Shown here piece by piece: positions 22,193 through 35,443 of a stretch of DNA of 64,000 bases (position 1 is its first letter; each line of letters begins with the position of its first letter). The translations under genes and the position numbers were made by a program. The DNA is from Pseudogymnoascus verrucosus (lineage: Eukaryota), in assembly GCA_001662655.1 (NCBI GenBank), contig KV460291.1; one strand, given 5' to 3'. The notes under the pieces were generated by a model. That model was not told where the DNA came from, did no database searches, and worked only from the letters and a program-made list of their open reading frames with translations.

Positions 22193-24514
22193 TTAAGTCG
22201 TTTTCGGGCCAGCAGCGATAACATCCTCAGTCGCCTCATCAGAGTACTTCTTGAAGTTCTCATTGAACAGAACACCAAGCTTGTTGACCTCAGCCTTGAA
22301 GCTCTCATCACCCGCAGTCCACGCGTTGCGGGGGTTAAGCAGCTCCGATGGGACGTTAGGGCAAGTCTTGGGGACGGACAGGTTGAAGGTATCGTAGACC
22401 TCGTACTCGACGTTCTGGAGCTCACCAGAGTGGATAGCATCGAGGATAGCACGAGTGTACTTGAGCGGGCAGCGCTTGCCACCGGTGGCGGCACCGGCAC
22501 CAACCCATCCGGTGTTGAGGAGCCAGGCGTTGGCCTTGTGCTCCTCGATCTTGGAGGCCAGCATCTTGGCGTAGCGCATGGGGTGGAGGGCGAGGAAGGG
22601 CTGGGCGAAGCACGAGGAGAAGGTGGCTTGGGGCTCGGTGACGCCCTCTTCGGTGCCGGCCATCTTGGAGGTGTAGCCGGAGATGAAGTGGAACATGGTC
22701 TGGGCGGAGTTGAGCTTCGAGATGGGGGGGAGGACACCGCGCGCGTCGCAGGTGAGGAGGATGATGTTGGTGGGGTGGCTGGAGGAGACGCAGGGGATCT
22801 TGGCGTTCTGGATGTACTCGATGGGGTAGGCGCAGCGGGTGTTCTCGGTGAGGGTGATGTCGTCGTAGTCGACGTGGCGGGTATCTTGGTTGAACACGAC
22901 GTTCTCGAGGACGGAGCCGTACTTGATGGCGCCGTAAATATCGGGCTCCTTCTCGGCGGACAGGCCGACGCACTTGGCGTAGCAGCCACCCTCGATGTTG
23001 AAGACACCACGGTCGGACCAGCAGTGCTCGTCATCACCGATCAGCTGGCGGTTGGGGTCAGCAGACAGAGTGGTCTTTCCGGTACCAGAGAGACCGAAGA
23101 AAACGGTGACATCGCCATCCTTGCCCTCGTTGGCGGAGGAGTGCAGGGTGAGCACGTTGTGCTTGACCGGCATCTCGTAGAAGAGAACTGTGAAAACACC
23201 CTTCTTCATCTCACCAGCGTACTCGGTACCGAGGATAACCATCTCCTTGTCGGCGAAGTTGATGGCAACCGAAGTGGCGGAGGTCATGCCCTCAGTGAAT
23301 CTGTTTGCTGGGAAAGAACCGGCGTTGTAGATGGTGTAATCGGGGTGGAAGTGCTCAAGCTCAGATCTCTCCGGGCGGATAAGCATGTTGCGCATGAACA
23401 GAGCGTGGTAGGCACGCGCGCAGACGACGCGGACCTTGATTTGGTACTTCTTGTCCCATCCTGCGTAACCGTCGATAACGTAGATGCGGTTCCTTGTGTT
23501 GAGGTAATCAATGGCTCTCTCGCGGTTAATCTTCCAGACCTTTGATAATATAGAGTTAGCAAACGCTCAATGTTTGTGTGGTGGCATAATGTGATAAACT
23601 GTGAAGAGTGCACGTGATGGTGGGGAAATTTTGGGGGATGTTGTCTTGGCGAGCTACGGTTGTCGGTAACGCCAACGGCAGTCAAAACCAGAAGGCGGGG
23701 TAACAGGGCAGTGATGTCAGGTCGGAATTGGCACCCGAGGAAAGCCGAAACATCACCCTCGCGCATTATCGTAATGCGACGACAACAAGACGTAAGCGTG
23801 CCAATGCAGACGCATTGAGGTCTTGGGAGCACGGGATCCGGGGTAGGGATACAAAATGTAGACATGTAGATATTCGCAAAAAAAGGTTCTCTTACCTCAG
23901 TAGTCATTGGCTTGTTAACAGGGCCCCACCAGATCTCGTTCTCAGAAGATGGCTCCTTGACAATACGCTTGTCGAGAGGAGATCTGCCGGTCTTCTTTCC
24001 GGAGTATGCAGTAAGAGCACCGCTCGATGTGATGGCTGAACCGGTCTCGTAAACTAAGGCATCTTCGTAGAGGGCAGCGACTGAGGGGTTGGGGACCTGA
24101 GAGAGCATATGTCAGTGGGGTTAGATTTTCAGAGAGTGGCAGGCAGGACATACGATGGCAACGCGGTCATAGTCGAGGTTGGCCTTCTCGTGGAGCTCCT
24201 CCTCGAGCTCAGTGTGCTCGAAAGAAGGTCTAAGACACGCATGTAGTCAGTATATTGATCCGAGGCAGGTAGACAGGCAACGACGACGAGGTCTGAGGGA
24301 CAGGCAGGAGCAAGTGGGAAACTCACGCAACACCACCCGGGTGCAGGGCGGTCTTGTTGACGGTGTTGGAAACCATGGTGCGCAGTGAAGTGGAGTGGTA
24401 GTTCAGATTTCCAGATGCAAGTTGTTTAGATCGAGGGCCAAGGTGTGATGGATCGGGAGTAGGGGTCATAGGACGACGAGTTGGGCCATCGCCTTCTTTA
24501 AGTACAGGAGCCAT
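22193..24514 (-). CDS. PCK1: Phosphoenolpyruvate carboxykinase (ATP), multi-exon
   Basis: Motifs [49 protein letters not shown] and [10 protein letters not shown]. Start is either 24514 (MAPV) or 24376 ([15 protein letters not shown]). Confidence 0.95.
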
Positions 24515-24859
24515 GGAGGGACGATGATTGTATCTTCGGGAGAGAAACGGGTAACTCTTTGGAATGGAAGGTCTAGTCTCGGGACCGTGAGGCTGCTAAG
24601 AGATGAGAGTGTGGAGTAAGAGTGGTGAGAGGACAAACAGATGTGTGATGATGTGGGTGACTTGTGGGTGAGAAGAGGTGAATGGACCAATGGCAGGAGT
24701 GGGATATTTGTAGTTGGTCAAGGAGAGGTTCCGAGCCGAGTTTTATAAGGCGCAGGTATAGAAAGAGCAAGGAGAAAGTCGGAAGAAGGAGGAAAGAAGA
24801 GACGTGATGTTACGGAAGTTACGATGTTTAGGAAGTGTTAGGGGCAGTGAGTGAAGTTA

Positions 24860-25325
24860 GGCAGGTACAGTGGACAAAGAGTGGACTGGTGAGTGGACTG
24901 TAGTGGACAATAGGCAGGTCAGTGGTTTAGAAGTTGGTGTAGAGTGGTGTTTGAGTGGTGTGTAGGAGTGGCATTTCGGAGCGGGCAGAATAATGAGCCG
25001 GAGGAAGTCGGAGATGTTTTAATGGGCTTGTATGGGCTTGTATGGGCTTAGATGGGCTGGATGGGGTTTGGGATGGGGATTGAAGGGGGCGTGACAAAGA
25101 CCAGATGGGGAGAAATGTGGTGAACGGGGTAGGTAGAGCCAATGACGTCTATCCAAAACAGTGGGTCCAACCTGATTTTGCGTGTTTTTGCGTGTTTTTG
25201 TGTATTTTTGTGGTATTTTGCGTGGTTTGCGTGGTTTGCGTGGTATTTGCAGGTCAGCCTGACCTGGTACGGGGTGTACAGCCTTGGTTTCATGGGCTGG
25301 GATGGGCTGGGATGGGCTAAAATAG
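24860..25325. repeat. Cluster of short degenerate tandem repeats upstream of PCK1
   Basis: GTGGAC units at about 24870-24910, ATGGGCTTGT x3 at about 25022-25060, TTTTGCGTG/GTGGTTTGC units at 25176-25250, and ATGGGCTGGG x3 at 25292-25318. Confidence 0.7.
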
Positions 25326-28278
25326 GTACTTGATCGATGGTAGTCCATGCCACTGTGACTAAAGTAGCGCTCCTAACCAGCCACTTCAGCCACTCAGGAC
25401 CCAGTCTATGGTAATCCTTGCCGAGCCGGTTCTCATCGTAGCTTCATATTTACAGAAAGCGGCAGTAAGTATCCTACCAAGTATGGAGTACATACCACGA
25501 TAGTCTGATCAGGCATGTACGATTATCAGTTTCTTCACTTTTGCAGGCATTCAATGGCTTGGAATCTACATGGTAAAGAAAGTAAACCCAGCACCGTAGA
25601 ATGCCCAGCATTGTAGAATGCATCATGCCAGCAGGGCTGGCTGGAAGGAAGTCTTCGGTCTTGGGTCTCGGGTCTTGGGCCTTGGGTCTCACAGTCCCCG
25701 GTCTTGGTGATGATGCAGAGAGAAAAGAAATCGAGACACAGAACAGCATGCCAAACACTTGCATCCAAAAACCCGTACCATCACCATTCTAGGCCTCGCC
25801 CGCATCACCGCCACCACCACCAAAAATACTCCTCTCCCGCCACGCAAGCTACCCCTTGGCACACGACCACCGCCGACCAAACACCGCCAGCGAGGCTCTG
25901 TATGGCTCCCTCTCGTGTCCCAAAACAGCACTTACCTACGAACTGTACGACCAGGTGATCAACCCAGCGATCCTGGCCCCCCGCCGTCCGCCAAACAAAT
26001 AAAAATTCAGGCACGAGCATGACCGCGCCCGGCCCTCACCGACCGGGCTTCACCGTCCCATTGAGCAATATCTCATCTCTTTTTAAGTCGCAAGTCAGAC
26101 AGGGCGTGAATGTCATCGCTCATCACATCACATTACCACTTCCAGCCCAGCCCAGCATACCCTGTAGAGAGAGGTCCAGACCGCGAGTCTCGCAAGCGCC
26201 AATCATCACCGGCACCGCCGATGGATTAATGCGGGGTGTGCCAATGCGGTGCCAATGGAGCGCCAATACCTCCCGTACCCGTCTCCCATCCTATCCCCCA
26301 ACCCAGCCCAACTGGTATGTGCCGAGAACCCCCCAAGGTCGATTATTTACCTACCTACTGAGTGAGTGAAAAGTGCGGAGAAAACTTACGCCAACCAGCC
26401 AGCCAGCTACCCAGAACAGGCAGCCAGGCAAACAAACCAGCAAGACCAACTGACCAGCCCACCGACTCATGGCCCTGCGTACGCCGTAAGGTACCAAGTA
26501 CCCCATGCCTCACGCATAGTACACACGGCTATCTTCCAGAACGAAAACACGGGAACTAAGCGGCAAATCACTTTCCCCCCCCTTCCGAGAAGCCTCGCTC
26601 TAATAACTAGCGAAGCTCCTTGATGCCGAAACGCTCCAAAAACGAACGTCACTGGACTGGCCCCGGCGGAATTGGGGCGAAGTGCATGGTTTGGTATGTA
26701 CTCGATGTTTTGTTACAAAGGGGGAATACATCCCTGTTCCGAATTGGGGAATCAGGCGATTTTTTCACGATAATTGGCGTCGGACAAAATATGTGAGGCT
26801 GGTGGTGGCCGAGGGAAGCCGCGGGATGGCGAATCGCTGTGTGACCTTCCAGCCGCCGCTGCGTCGGCAGTGATAGATCATCTTCAGCTCAGCTTGGGAG
26901 GCAGTAGTGAAGATAGATGCCGTTATGCTTCATGGCTGCTCCCATTCATGAGGGGGACGGAGGTTCATTTTCTATAGAGCTTCCTTCCCCATACTCCCAT
27001 ACCTATAAACCCCCATCCCACCCATCCATCCCACCCCCACAAACCCTCCAAGGTTGCTCTCCCCTCCCTCCCTCCCTCCCTCACCACCCACCACCCACCA
27101 CCCACCACCCCCATCTCTCATCCCCCCCTAATCCCGAGCAATCAGATAAAAAAATAATCCGTTCTATAATTAATCCCGCACCCGTCCCATTCTCCCGATT
27201 ACCGAATATTCGCCCAGGCGTAGCAAGTAGGCCCCCCGGACCCGACATTTCCCTAAGGCGTTGCAGGCGTTGCAAGCGGTTGCGTGGATGGTGGGTCCAA
27301 GTTTGCACGTGAAAACGTTTGTGGTGGGGATGGTGGGGCAGGGGCGAAGGGAAGTTGGGATTGATCGGATGGTTGTACCGATCGAATTTGTACGTGAGGA
27401 CACGATAATGTATGTGATGTGGTGTAGAAAGAGGGGTGAGGGAGCACTGTTGTAACACCGAGCTGTGCTCGCTGGTGCGAAGGTGATGGAGTGGAGGAAG
27501 GTGGTTGTCGTGGGTAGCTTCGTTGTGGTGGTGTGTGATAAGAGCTTCCCCCGTCCTTATCTGCATCTCACCCCTTCCAGCACCAAATTCGGGGAAATGG
27601 GAGTGTAGCGGCGGTAGTAGGGGTAGGGGGGGACGGACAGGGCGGATAAGACATCTGCAGATAGGGATACCGAGATAGGATACGTCATTGAGGGCGGGAA
27701 TGGTCCGTATCTCCTCCTCCTTGGAGGGGTGATAGGGGGGTTATGGTGACGATGGTGTGGTGAGGGAGGGGCTTGGCGGTTGGCGGGATGGGAGCCGAGG
27801 ATGGATGAGGGAGGTTGGGGTTGGGGTTTATTAGGGGATTATGCAGTCGTCGTCCCCAAGTTTATTTCTGATTCTACAGCGGCTGAGGCATTTGCAGTAA
27901 TTCCTGCGAGAAGTTGCCATGCTTCTAGTATGTGAAGTGCGATGACCTACAGTCTTGGCTGCGCGCGGGCAGCTGTGCGTGATACAGCAGCATCATGCAA
28001 TGCATTGAGATCCGACAGACATGCTCACGTGGAGTCTCAAACTGCATCTTGGCCAGCAGCGGTATGATGTCTCAAAGCATCTTGGCCAGCGATCGTATGG
28101 TGGTGAAGGTGATGATGATATGTTCATTACTCTATCTAACTTCCTCCTCCTCGCAAACACCCGCGGGAGGCGCAAATAAATCGATCTTGAAATGGGGCGG
28201 GTCTGCGTGAAATTCCAAAGATGGCGGTGGTGAATGGTAAGATGTTTACGTTGGGTGGACGGGGCACACGATAAGTGT

Positions 28279-29817
28279 TTACATGATGACTTCGTTGGCG
28301 ACGTCCTGGAATCTTGTTAGCACTCGTTCACTCAACTCACACACATCCCCAGAAACCCCGTGATCTTGTAGATGACGGGTAGTAAGGGGAAGGGGAAAAA
28401 AGACTCACCCTCTTCAGCTCCTTGTACGGCAAACAAACACAATTCTGCACCCTCACCTCCTCCCCCACCCCACACTCCTTCCCCAAAATCGTAATACTCT
28501 GCACCTTAACCCCATTCTTGATGATGCTCGTCGTATGGCTATTCACGGGAGTCGGCGTGCCCTCCACACGCGCCCACGCACCAATGCGGCTGTTCCACCC
28601 GAGAATCGAGTAAAGCACACACGCATCGTGCTTAACCTCGCAGTTCTCGAGGACGATGCTCTCCTTAATACGCACACCGGCACCAATGACCGCGCGGGGA
28701 CCAATCGACACATTCGGGCCCAGCTTGGCGGTTGGGTCGACCTGGGCGGTTGGGTGGATGAAGACGGGTGGCAGGATGTTGGCGGACGGCTTTGCGAGCT
28801 CGGCCGGGTTGGTCTGCCAGGCCTTCTGGAGGTAGAGGGCGTTTGCGGGGACGGCAGAGCCGGCGGTTTTGATCTGGCGCCAGAAATCCTTGGTCTCGTG
28901 CACGAAGAACTGTCTGCTGTCTGCGAGGTCGGCGAGGATGTCCTGCTCGAGGCGGAGGACCTCGTTCTTGGCCTCGTCGTCGTCGTTGAAGTAGGACGAG
29001 GAGAGGTTCTCAGAGGAGGGGTAGGTGTACAGGCGTGGACGGTCGGAGCGGCGCTTGATGGCGCTGCGGATGGAGGGGAAGATGGTCTCGGTCGAGAAGA
29101 GGTACACGCCGCAGTTGATGAGGTTGGAGATGTGGGACTCGGGCTTCTCGACGTAGTGGAGTACGCGCTTCGAGTGAGGGTCGGAGACGATGCAGCCGAA
29201 GTTCGAGGCGGCGTCCTCGCTCACGCGGGTCCCGAGGATGACGGCCTCGGCGTCGCGCTCCTCGAAGAGCTTGAGCATGTCGTTGAGGGGGAAGGAGCAG
29301 CAGACGTCGGCGTTGAGGACGAAGAAGCGCTCGGGCTTGCCCTTAAGGATGGCGTCGCGGAAGTGGTAGAGCCCGCCGGCGGTGCCGAGGGCTTCGTACT
29401 CGCGCAGGTATTTGATGGTCAGCTCGGGGAACTCGTGGCTGGCGTCTTTGATGAAGTCGCGGAAGACGGTCTCGTCGTAGTAGCCGATCATGCACACTTC
29501 TTGGATGTCGGGCACTTTGGCAATGGCGGTCAGGCAGTGCCAGATGATGGGGTGGCCGGCGATGTCGAACAAGGGCTGTTGAGGGCGAGTTAGAATTGAG
29601 ACCTCGTAGATAGGGATGGAGGAGGGGGAATTACCTTTGGGACGTCAAGAGAAAGAGGTCTGAATCTGGTTCCCCTGGAGGGGCCGCCAACCTGTAAAAG
29701 TATCAATTACCTCGAACGGACACCGTATTTGCTGCGTGAGCTCACCAAGATGACGGCCTTGGTGTTGTGGCCACCAGCACCATTCTGCTTCTCTCTGTGT
29801 GGGACCTGGAGAGACAT
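28279..29817 (-). CDS. Mannose-1-phosphate guanylyltransferase alpha-type (GMPPA/Psa2-like), multi-exon
   Basis: TKAVIL|VGGPSRGTRFRPLSLDVPK|PLFDIAG, LGTAGGLYHFRD, YVEKPE, INCGVYLF and a left-handed beta-helix tail. The last exon encodes DVANEVIM*. Confidence 0.9.
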
Positions 29818-31414
29818 ATTTGCTATGTGATCGTAGCTGCGCGCAAGGAGTTCCTGGCTTGTGTGAACAGATATTATCGGTCGCCTTGTTGTCTGGAACA
29901 TCCCACTGAGGCACAAGGGGCAGCTGGAAAAATGATGTTCCGACCAAGTACGAGTTCACGTGATGGGTTTATTTCATCGTGTCCCATTGTTGACCAGCCA
30001 TTGGGTAAATTAGCCATGGCGGCCATTTGTACCAGTTTGGAGGTTTAGATTTCGGTTTTTAATTGACTATGTATCTCTCGCGGCAATTATTTCTATGATA
30101 CTGGCCCGAACCAGTACTGACTCGCCTTCGACGAAATTATTGTGCGCACAGCAATTCCGACAAAGACAGGAAAGCAAAAAAAGTGACTTGTACGACAGAG
30201 GTGTTTTCACCGCCAGTCACGGCCTCATCACTTTCCACAGCAAAAATTGGTAGGGGAACCTGTGCGACCGTGAATTCCTATGAAAAAATAGCCCCTGTGT
30301 TGCCTAATCAATACTTGGCTGCAGTAGCTGAGACAGATCGGGCAACAGACGGCAAGTTGGAATGATAGCCCCTTTGTATCTGTTCACTGATTAAGGACGG
30401 AGGTGCTCACTCTCAAGATAGCCGAGACGCATAATTCTGGTGGTAATCGTATCAGCCGCGTGCGTTTGTCCGTGGATGACAAGTTAAGCTTAAATAAGCG
30501 CAGAACATCAAATCTCCCACGACAGTGCGGGGAGCGTCGTCTCCATTCTTCTCTCCGTAGTTATTGGACAGGATGCATTCTCTTCCTTGTATGACTTACG
30601 ATACCCCTCACATATTTGAGATAAGTGTTGCAATGGCGACTCTTTTGCGAAATATGATAGGCTTTCGAATCTCTTTCGAATCTCCGTCTGTTCCGAAGCA
30701 TCCTGCAATGCTCGGGGGGCTGGTATTCTCGCGTTGTGCTCATGCAAATATAAATTGAGTGCATCTTCCTTCGATTGGACTTGCTTTACTTCTCTTACCA
30801 ATTGCTATTCTGTATTCGTATTTCTCCGACAAAGCGGTCCTCGTTGTGCAATCCATTCCGTTCAAGTCAAGCCCACAAGCCAAGTCAAATTCACTTCAGC
30901 TTCAGGTTGTTGAGACGTATTATTGTACTATACACCTACTAGTAGTTGGTTGTATGATACTCTGACAAGGACTGAAGAACCTGGCCGAATTTTATTTTGT
31001 TCACTTTATTTCGCTCCAGAAATTATATCATCCATACATTTACCATCTTTTTACGCCTTGTATTCTATGCAGTAGGCAGTGGTGAAAAGACCCACGTTGC
31101 CTTTGTATATTATATGCTGTGATACCTTGCTACGGCTCTTTACCTCGCGTCTTTTTTCCACAGACCTGTTCTTTTAGGTACGCAGTTTCCCTTTACTTCA
31201 GTTGTTAGTTTACCTGCTCGGGACTCGACGTGAAAGCTCCAACAACAAAACTCCACGCTAAATGGGAGTTCCCTTTCTAACTTTTGTTTATTTCACCCAC
31301 TACATGGGACTTTCTGGCTCACACAACTTATTTCTTCCACCTTTATACCGTATGGCACAAAACTACTGAAGGAAGCTAATCCCCCGCAGAACAAGTCTGT
31401 ATTTTGCAACTTCC

Positions 31415-34359
31415 ATGAACAGTCTCAAGGCAGAATCTGTTCCTAGGTTACACCGCATTCCCAAGATGCCTCCTGCGAGATCAAATTACCAGAAGGCCAT
31501 GGTGGATGATGTCAACATGGATGATTTTAATTCATCTTTCGAAGCTCATGGCCTACCAGTGCCATCCAGTGATACTTTCAGGTTCACTGGAAATGGATCC
31601 ATCACACCGGCGGCCTCTGAGTTTTCTCAGACCCTCCCTGGTATGTTCTACTCAACGCGTGGCACCGACCTATTGCTTACTATTTAGTTCTTCCACCTAT
31701 GCAGCGATCATCTGCTCCCTCCCAGGAATCTGGGCTTCACATTGTCGGGCGCCGTGTACAAGTTCTTGTTGATGCTATCAACGACATCCGAGGAATGGGT
31801 GTCGACTATCTTGTTGATCTACCTCAACTTGTCCTCGTTGGTGACCAGAGTGCAGGTGGGTCAAACAAAAACGCTTTGAACCGAGACAAGAACTGACAAC
31901 TGGCATAGGAAAGTCAAGCTTGATGGGAGCTCTCACCGAAATTCATCTCCCTCAAGACTCGGGATGCTGCACAAGATGTCCTACCCACATCAAGACAGGC
32001 CATGCAGAGACATGGAGCTGCAAGATCTCATTGCACCTTTCATATAATTACGCGCCGCGAGATCCCAACCGCCCAATTCAAGCGAATGAAGTCACCAAAA
32101 ACAACCCCTTCCCGCCGTGGAAGGAGATGCCCATGGTGACAAAAGAGTTTGTTGTCATCACTGATAAGAGTGAGCTTGAGGACGCCTTGAGATGGGCTCA
32201 AATCGCGATTCTGAACCCCTCCAAGTCGCACAAATACTATATGCCTAGTGCCCAGATCAAGATGTCTCCAGGTAGGAATATGACAACTGAGGCTAAATTC
32301 TCGCCAAATGTGGTATCGGTCGAGATGTCTGGCCCAGGCCTTCCTCCTCTATCCTTCTTTGATCTTCCCGGGATATTTCAAAATCCTAGCCAAAAGGAAG
32401 ATGACTACCTGGTGAAGGTTGTGGAGAATCTCGCAAAGAAGTACATCAAGCACCAACAGGCGCTTGTTATCCATGCCCTACCAATGTCGGCGGATCCTAC
32501 GACCTCGAGAGCTGGAAAGGTCATACGTGATCTGAAAGCCGAAAACCGAACACTTGGTGTTCTTACCAAGGCAGATTGTCTTCAGGTTGGCCATTCTGAC
32601 TCCCAGTTTAAGGAACTTTTGGACGGGCATACTCATAAGGTCGAGCATGGGTACTATGTTACCAAACAGATGCAGACTTCGTCGGACTCTGGCTATCCAA
32701 GTCGTGACGGAGGATACCATGCTAGATCGAGGAAGAGTGAAGAGGACTTTTTCGACAAGCAGACTCCTTGGTCTAAAGGATGGAACGGATACCGCAATCG
32801 ATGCGGAACCGAAAACCTGCAGCGCGCTCTTTCGCAGAAGTTTGCTGCTCAGATAATAGCAAGGTACGTGAAATATGATCGCAGCTATCGGGGGTTTATT
32901 TTTGTAATATCAGCTAACATAAGGACTAGCATCCCCCAGATCGAAGAGACCGTCCGCGCACGCTCCGAGGAGATCGAGGAAGAGCTTGCGAGGCTGCCTG
33001 AGCTGCCAACACATAACATAAGCCAAGTTGTGCTCCAAGAACTCGCCAGGTTCAGCCAGCAAATGCAGGCACTCGTGGATGGGACAGACTTTACTCTTCA
33101 TAGCGCGTGGAATACGTTAAACAACCAACTCTACGAAGCTTTCCATGAGCACCTACAGCCAACATTCAAGGTCGGGGAGCCTCGGGGTTTGCCCCCTCCT
33201 CCCAACCAAATGGAGATCGATGGCCTTGAGATCATCAGCATAGACGGCGACAGCACTGTTCTTGACAGAGCTGGATTTGATTCGCCGCCTAATGTTCGTG
33301 CTGCAGCCAAAGAGGAGCAACAGATTAGATCTCCGAAGAGGTTTGCGAATGGAGCTGAGAAGTATCCCAGTATTCCAGCAAACCCGAAGAACCCATTCCT
33401 AGCTTATAGGCAGAATAAGCTGATAGCCAGCATTGGTAAGATTCGAGAAACCTTGGCAAAGTACAGCAAGCCAGGATCTCTAGGCCACGTCGACTTCAAG
33501 GTTAAAGATGAGCTCTGCATGAGGGCCGTCAGAGTATGGGAGCTCCCTATGGAGCTGTACATTGACCGTGTCCTTGAAATGTTGAAGGAGCATGCTCAAA
33601 AGATCTTGGGTCAAGTCCTCTCGAAGTGGAGCCAGACAGAACTGTACAAGCAGGCATTTCAGGAACTCGAAGGTTTTGTTAATAACTTCGAGGGCAGCAT
33701 GAGAACAACGTGCCAGGATATCCTGAATGTTGAGTTTTACAGGTTCTTTACAATCAACAGGAGATCATTTGATCACTACGTGGAAGTGGAGTCGAAGAAG
33801 ATCAAGGATGTTCGCAGGAAGCAACGCGCTATGGCCCTGGCGGAGCAGATGATGGTTGGCGTCAATATTAGAGGAGACCAGAATCAAAGAATGCAAATGC
33901 TTCAGCATAAATTGAAGGGCATCAAGGACGAGGACCTGGGCGAAGACCCGTTCAAGATCGAGATTGAGGTTGCCGCCTTCGTTAGAGGCTACTATCTCAC
34001 GGCCGCAGACCGCGTCTGCGATCAAATTTGTCTCACCATACACAGCGATCTCTTCAAGCAGGTTCATGAAAACATCTTTCTCTACTTGGAAGGCAAACTC
34101 GGTCTGTACGAGGGAAATAGTAAGTAGCCTACCTGCTGTGCTTTATGTGCGACATACTGACGAGATACTAGCCGAAGAGCGTTGCCGCGAGCTTATGGAG
34201 GAGGACCCCCACAGCGCACGACGCCGCCGCAGCCTTCAACAGGAGAAGGCGAAGCTCCAGGAGCTCACGGCTCGTCTGGTGAAACTCGCTGAGGACGACA
34301 GAAGCGCTTCGGTCTTCGAGGAGCGCATGGAGACCCCAGAAGCCACCATGAGCATGTGA
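31415..34359 (+). CDS. Dynamin-related GTPase, fungal Mx-like clade, multi-exon
   Basis: G1 LPQLVLVGDQSAG|KSS, G2 CCTRCP, G3 DLPG, G4 TKAD; helical middle region; GED-like tail ELMEEDPHSARRRRSLQQEKAKL. Confidence 0.85.
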
Positions 34360-35443
34360 TGTTATTGACGATACTGTTGATTCGCTGCCTCGAGTTGTTT
34401 TTTTCTTACTTCTTTCTTTCTGTTTGCCAACATCTTCGGCGCACACACGGTAAAAGCAGTGGTTCGGCGTTCGCCTGGTCTTGTTACAGGAAAGCCAACA
34501 ATAATTGTGCAACAGTACGGCCAGGCCGGCTTGTCTGAAAAAAACCGCGGCGGCGTATGGGTTTCAGAATAGGCGTACATGCACCCAGACTAGTTAACCT
34601 GTCATAATAAATGCAAAACATCATGAAAACGAGGTTTTTTTCTTCTTCCTTTTCCTGCCCCGATCCCATCGTGCATGCGTACGTCGTTGTCACCGGTGGC
34701 TACCAATCACCACAACCCGCAGTCAAGCCACACCTGCACAGCCTCACCTGTCGAGCGGAGTCTCCTCCCGCAGACCCCTGACCAGCTCAACTCTTGGATT
34801 ACAAAGTACCACCACTACCACTCATACTGAACTGTACGCGCATGCCTCTAAAGTAAACCAACCTGCATCGGCCCCTCCCATCCACTCCTACCGCAAGTCC
34901 CAGGGCACTCAATCAGCAAGCGCCAGCACTGCGACTGTGCCCTGTTCTCCGACTCCAGGCTCGTCCTGACCTGACCAAACTGACGTCTCGCTGCCCCAGA
35001 GTGGGCCGCGCGTTAACTTTTGGGTAACTTGTACCTCAATTATAACCCGTAGCTTACAGGGCTACGGGGACATCGCCAGGGAGAGATCCGTGCAATCGGC
35101 CAATCGCGATAAGACAGCAGAGGCCTGACCTGTTTCGGGCCTGGGCGGGTATTTTGGGGCTTCGATCTTTCTTTATTGCTTTGCGTGTCCCCGGTGGACT
35201 TTTTTTGTAGAGCTTCAAACTACCTTTTTGTTGACGAGGCAGTATCTGTGATTGCTTCTTGATCTACGCTGTGAAAGGATACCTTGTTGTGTATTCACAG
35301 CTTCTTGGAGTCGGTGAGAGCTTGCCGCTCATATTACTACACCGCAACTTTCCGGCCAGACTAGACCAGCATCTCCCAACAGCATTTTGGGTGAATGAAG
35401 CTGGTCCTCAGCCCGGACCACTAGCACCTGGAATTTACACATC

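Noticed and set aside
22430..23545. Long antisense or alternate-frame ORFs over PCK1 (also 28535-29593, 39503-40294, 1149-1634)
   Set aside because: These are shadows of strongly codon-biased or low-complexity genes on the opposite strand.
25474..27566. Numerous 60-160-aa ORFs upstream of PCK1
   Set aside because: Low-complexity translations of repeats and skewed DNA with no family features.
30508..30801. 97-aa minus-strand ORF between the GMPP gene and the dynamin gene
   Set aside because: Non-ATG start and no recognisable motifs; it cannot be supported as a gene without a homology search.
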